A stretch of 64,000 nt of DNA, taken from NCBI GenBank assembly GCA_963611815.1, contig CAVDSY010000003.1:9178-73177 (forward strand), in the 5' to 3' direction. The DNA is from a bacterium. GTDB taxonomy: Bacteria; Bacillota_I; Bacilli_A; RFN20; CAG-826. The notes beneath the pieces are model-generated. The model saw nothing but the letters and a program-made list of their open reading frames with translations, was not told the origin of the DNA and ran no database searches. Every line of letters begins with the position of its first letter. The stretch's first letter is position 1. Below are positions 60,346 to 64,000 of the stretch, piece after piece. A program made the translations under genes and the position numbers.

Positions 60346-61081
60346 GAAGCTCTTTGACTTCTTTTGGTTCGATGAACTGATAGGTCATCGTGTCGACGTA
60401 AGGCAATAAATCCTTTGCTTGCTCCATCGTTTCAATTGTCCAAACATTGACGATGCCGCCGTTTTTCCTGTATCTGATGACTTCCTTGCGTTTTGACATA
60501 TTGGCTTCGATGTCGACGGAGTCGTAGAAGCCGCGGAGTTTCCACACCCAATCGTGCTCTGGGGTGATCAACAATTGACGTTTGAAACGCTTGCCAATAT
60601 GAAGCAGTGCCCTGGGATCGAAGGAGATGATGACGATTTTCTTGTCGTCTTTTATTTGCGCGAGGGCTTCCATCGCCTTTTTTCTCAAAGCCTTGTAGTT
60701 GTCTTTGTAGACCTTGAGCTCGACGACAATCAAAGAACGTTCCTTGTTGAGGTCCAACACCTCTTGGAATGTTGGGATTTTCTGGCCATCCAAGAGCTTG
60801 TAGGAAGAGATTTCCTCCAAGGTCATGTTTTCGATTATTCCTTCTTTGCCGGTGACTCTCTTGAGGTCATGGTCGTGGCAAACGACGAGCTCGCCGTCTT
60901 TCGTTAGATGGATGTCAAGTTCAAAGGCGCTTCCGGCGTTGATGGCTTTCTCAAACGCGAGAAGGCTGTTCTCACTGACGCCGTTCCCATGTAGGCCGCG
61001 GTGGGCGATCCCCTCAAAGAACGAAGGGTGGTAATTGGATTTTTTGTTTTTCTTGCTCATGAATCCTATTATGCGCTTCAT
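60320..61081 (-). CDS. glycerophosphodiester phosphodiesterase family protein
   Basis: IAHRGL (HRG) and ELDIHLTKDGELVVCHD blocks. Confidence 0.65.
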   Translation of the reverse strand: MKRIIGFMSKKNKKSNYHPSFFEGIAHRGLHGNGVSENSLLAFEKAINAGSAFELDIHLTKDGELVVCHDHDLKRVTGKEGIIENMTLEEISSYKLLDGQKIPTFQEVLDLNKERSLIVVELKVYKDNYKALRKKAMEALAQIKDDKKIVIISFDPRALLHIGKRFKRQLLITPEHDWVWKLRGFYDSVDIEANMSKRKEVIRYRKNGGIVNVWTIETMEQAKDLLPYVDTMTYQFIEPKEVKELLSGSEKAK

Positions 61082-61240
61082 AAAGAAAACGGAGGCGCGA
61101 TTCTTTCTTTTGCTTGAACATTATTTCAGCACCTAATATTTGGGATTTTGATTATTTTTGGAGTGTTAAAGATTTGGTGGCGCAGACTTGCCGCATTCAT
61201 GTTTTCTTGCAATGCCCAGCAAAAAAGGCGCAAAAAGCCC

Positions 61241-63436
61241 TTATTTTCTTAATATGGTCCTATTCCTTTGGTCAACAAGGCGAATTTGTTCATCGTCATG
61301 AAGGCCATTAAGCAAGACCCGGTCGTTTTCGGAGATTACCTCAATTTCCCGATAGGCATTGCTCAATGAGCTGTCGTCATCGTAATAATGGTACGTCGCT
61401 TTGCCTTCTTGCAAAGGATAGATCTCAAATACGGTTTTGCCTTCCTCTTCAAGGGGGATGAGGCTTCCTTCCTTGACGAAGAAGACAGGCAAATCGCCAG
61501 GAGCGTTTTCGATGGTTTGCCTTCCCTTGACTTGTTTGCCTTGGAAATACCAATTGCCTTTAGGAAGATCGACGGTGACTTTTTTTGAGCCTTTATCGAA
61601 GATGGGGACGCTTAAGATGCTGCTCCCGCAGAAGAAAGCATCCGCTTCTTCGTCGTAGTCCGGGCATTTCAAGAATACGGGGTAAATCAGGGGGTGGTAG
61701 TTTTCGACCGCGTTCATGGCCTCGCTATATAAGTAAGGAAGAAGCTTCTTTCTCAGTGCGAAAAGCTTCATGACTTTCTCTTTGAGCTCTGGATACAGCC
61801 AAGGCATCGTCGAAGAGCCATCTGGATTCCAAGAATGCAAAGTGAAGCGTGGGGTGAAAACACCGTAGGCTATCCAGCGCAAGAAAAGCTCTTCGCTTGG
61901 CTTGCCGCCGGCGAATCCTCCGATGTCTTGACCAATGAAGGCAAAACCAGTCAAAGCGGCGGTCATCGCCATCTTGTGGTTGCCTCTGAAATCCTCAAAC
62001 GAAGTGTTATTGTCCCCTGTCCAGGTTTGGCAGACCCTTTGGAAGCCGGCCGCGGCTGAGCGCGTCACGGCCATGTGTCTTCTTTCGTTAGGAACCGCTT
62101 CGTTGGAAGCGTTGGCCATCAGTAAGGAGAACAAAGGCCTGATGAGCTTGGCTTTGATGGGGTGGCCGAAGCCGTCAGCGTATACATCTTCATCGTGGAT
62201 GTCGTATTCGTTGTTGTCGTTCCAAATGGAGTCATAGCCCAAATCCACGAGATTTTCCTTCACGCATCTGGTCCAGAAGGCATATGCCCCGTCATTGGTG
62301 AAATCCAAGTAACTGCCCATTCCTCCCCAGAAAGGAAAAACATAAGGTGCTCCGTTTTTGTAATGGAGGAACCACCCTTTCTCTTTGATGTATTCGTACA
62401 ATGGATGGGTGGTTAAAAAGGCCGGTTTGATGTTGGGGAGGAAAGAGATGCCTTCCGCCTTGAATTCGTCGGCAAATGATTTTGGGTCAGGAAATTTCTC
62501 TTTGTTCCAATGGAAGACGCAACGTTTGTTTCCTATTTGAGTGTAGCCGCTGGAGAGGTAGAAACCTCCGCAGTCAATCTTGTAATCCTTGCATTTGCAT
62601 AGAAACTCGCGCAAAGCCTCCTCGGGGTGGTCGGAATCGGTGTAAGCCATCGTTGAACCGCAATATTTGAAACTCCATTTTGGAGGCAGGAACGACTTGC
62701 CGGTGAGAAAGGCGAAGCGCTCGACAATCTCTTCCACGCTGCCGAAAATCACATAGTAGACGAGCGCTTCTTCCTCACAGCGGAAGCGTTTGTAAGGCTC
62801 GTAGTAGTTGTTGTGCTCGCGCCCGAAATCGATCTCGCCGTTGGAATAAGTGTCGTAATAGATCCCATATGAGCCAACGCTGTTGCGACAGATGTAGAAG
62901 GGGATTTGCTTATACAAAGGATCGCTTTCATTCGCGTTGAAGCCCATGGCGTCGAAGGTTTCGAGCTTAAAGGAGCGGAGGTTCTTGTTGACGGGCCCTG
63001 TTTTGTCGCCAAGGCCGTAAATATGCTCGTCTCGCTCCCTGGAGAGATAATGGTAGCTTCCCCGCCCCATCTCGCCTTCGAAGTTATAAGCGAGGATCCC
63101 CCTATCGGAGAAGAAGCTTTTTTCGCCCTTGTAATAATGGATGAAGAAGTTGTGAGGCTCCACTTTGATGGAGACGTCGTCTATTTGGAACTCGTCGTCT
63201 TCTCCCTGGGGAAGGCTCTGTAAACCGTCCTTTGAAAGGCGCTCCCTGCCGTGCTTAGGCATTTTTGAGGTGCCAGGGCAGACGGAGAAAGTGGGAAAGA
63301 GAGACGCTTTGTCCTTGTAGATGGCGACGCGCATCATATGCGCGAAAAAATCAAGCTGGACATAGTTGCCATCAGCGAAATAAAGGCGGCTGGATGGACT
63401 TTTTTCAACAATGGAGAATTCATGGTCGTATTTCAT
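61241..63436 (-). CDS. glycoside hydrolase family 31 (alpha-glucosidase/alpha-xylosidase-like)
   Basis: 731 aa; catalytic WNDNNE and GGF blocks. Confidence 0.75.
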   Translation of the reverse strand: MKYDHEFSIVEKSPSSRLYFADGNYVQLDFFAHMMRVAIYKDKASLFPTFSVCPGTSKMPKHGRERLSKDGLQSLPQGEDDEFQIDDVSIKVEPHNFFIHYYKGEKSFFSDRGILAYNFEGEMGRGSYHYLSRERDEHIYGLGDKTGPVNKNLRSFKLETFDAMGFNANESDPLYKQIPFYICRNSVGSYGIYYDTYSNGEIDFGREHNNYYEPYKRFRCEEEALVYYVIFGSVEEIVERFAFLTGKSFLPPKWSFKYCGSTMAYTDSDHPEEALREFLCKCKDYKIDCGGFYLSSGYTQIGNKRCVFHWNKEKFPDPKSFADEFKAEGISFLPNIKPAFLTTHPLYEYIKEKGWFLHYKNGAPYVFPFWGGMGSYLDFTNDGAYAFWTRCVKENLVDLGYDSIWNDNNEYDIHDEDVYADGFGHPIKAKLIRPLFSLLMANASNEAVPNERRHMAVTRSAAAGFQRVCQTWTGDNNTSFEDFRGNHKMAMTAALTGFAFIGQDIGGFAGGKPSEELFLRWIAYGVFTPRFTLHSWNPDGSSTMPWLYPELKEKVMKLFALRKKLLPYLYSEAMNAVENYHPLIYPVFLKCPDYDEEADAFFCGSSILSVPIFDKGSKKVTVDLPKGNWYFQGKQVKGRQTIENAPGDLPVFFVKEGSLIPLEEEGKTVFEIYPLQEGKATYHYYDDDSSLSNAYREIEVISENDRVLLNGLHDDEQIRLVDQRNRTILRK

Positions 63437-64000
63437 TTCGGATCACCTAGGAACGTGTTTCTCAATAGTTTCCATTTGTTTGGACGGCCCATTTTCGTAT
63501 TCCTTGGTCTGATGCAAAGCGCCTTGCCGTGCTTCTTTTCCCAAAGAGGCAAACAACCTCCGTTGGGATTGCCTGTTTTGGCAAAATTTGCGAAATAGGC
63601 AATGAGCATGCTCGAGATTTTTCTGTCCTCCTCATCATAAGGTCTCCAAGAGCTATCGAGCGTTCCAAAGGCGTAACGGATGTCGCAGGAATGGAAAGCC
63701 TTGTTGGCGTCTCCTTTCGCATCGACGTCGAAATAATAAAGATAGGTATTGTTCTTTTTCGCATAGGAGAGGGCCATCAATGCCAAGATTAGCGTGTACA
63801 TATCGTTATTGGTGAAACCGACGATGGTTGGCACATCGACTTCGCCTTTGAATAGTTCCTCTTCGCTTTTTTCGAGATAATAATGGTCGACCATCGTCAT
63901 CGTGGAAATCATGTTGTCTTTTCGCCTCGCTTTTACTTTCTCCAAAGCGTCGAAGATTTTCTTTGGCTCGACTGTCCTGAATTCCTCGAGAGTTGCGCAG
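63433..64000 (-). CDS. type-B carboxylesterase/lipase family protein (partial, runs off window)
   Basis: C-terminal esterase blocks HSCDIRYAFG; N-terminus beyond the window edge. Confidence 0.5.
   Translation of the reverse strand, partial: CATLEEFRTVEPKKIFDALEKVKARRKDNMISTMTMVDHYYLEKSEEELFKGEVDVPTIVGFTNNDMYTLILALMALSYAKKNNTYLYYFDVDAKGDANKAFHSCDIRYAFGTLDSSWRPYDEEDRKISSMLIAYFANFAKTGNPNGGCLPLWEKKHGKALCIRPRNTKMGRPNKWKLLRNTFLGDPK

Noticed and set aside
1-64000. tRNA/rRNA genes and IS elements/transposases
   Set aside because: No T-loop GGTTCGANTCC-type signatures, rRNA-like segments or transposase/integrase ORFs were seen anywhere in the window. Mobility is inferred only from gene remnants, TA modules and repeats.

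Overview
This is a 64 kb chromosomal segment from what looks like a Gram-positive (Firmicutes-like) bacterium, given the SipW/TasA-type signal peptides, Listeria-Bacteroides repeats, an ECF-type transporter behind a THF riboswitch, and the intact pfl, prs, guaA/guaB, trpS and recN genes. Coordinates 38-64 kb are ordinary housekeeping: prs, pflB-pflA, a uracil permease, and a purine/pyrimidine salvage cluster (apt, guanine permease, upp, hpt, guaB, guaA) with a probable guanine riboswitch, then rarA, trpS, a THF riboswitch with folT-like gene, and GH31. Coordinates 3.8-30.5 kb are an accessory island holding the most unusual content. Two paralogous loci (5.1-9.3 kb and 23.9-28.8 kb) each encode a giant GLUG-motif / beta-helix secreted protein followed by a TasA/camelysin-like protein. 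All four proteins carry SipW-cognate-like signal peptides, but no sipW gene is present in the window. The two loci share a structured 5' leader RNA that shows compensatory hairpin changes between the copies. Each locus is flanked by an intact or decayed copy of an AAA+ (DUF4143) ATPase gene. One giant gene is split by a 1-nt shift in an A7 tract, and a third surface lipoprotein gene (collagen-like plus Listeria-Bacteroides repeats plus DUF6273-like domain) carries two frameshifts, while about 30 housekeeping genes are intact. Other notable elements are a triple 33-bp palindromic repeat between the second surface locus and an ATPase gene, a three-member ~48-nt hairpin repeat family bracketing a yefM-yoeB pair and an ATPase gene, an AbiEi/AbiEii remnant, and two leader regions that end in intrinsic terminators just upstream of transporter genes.
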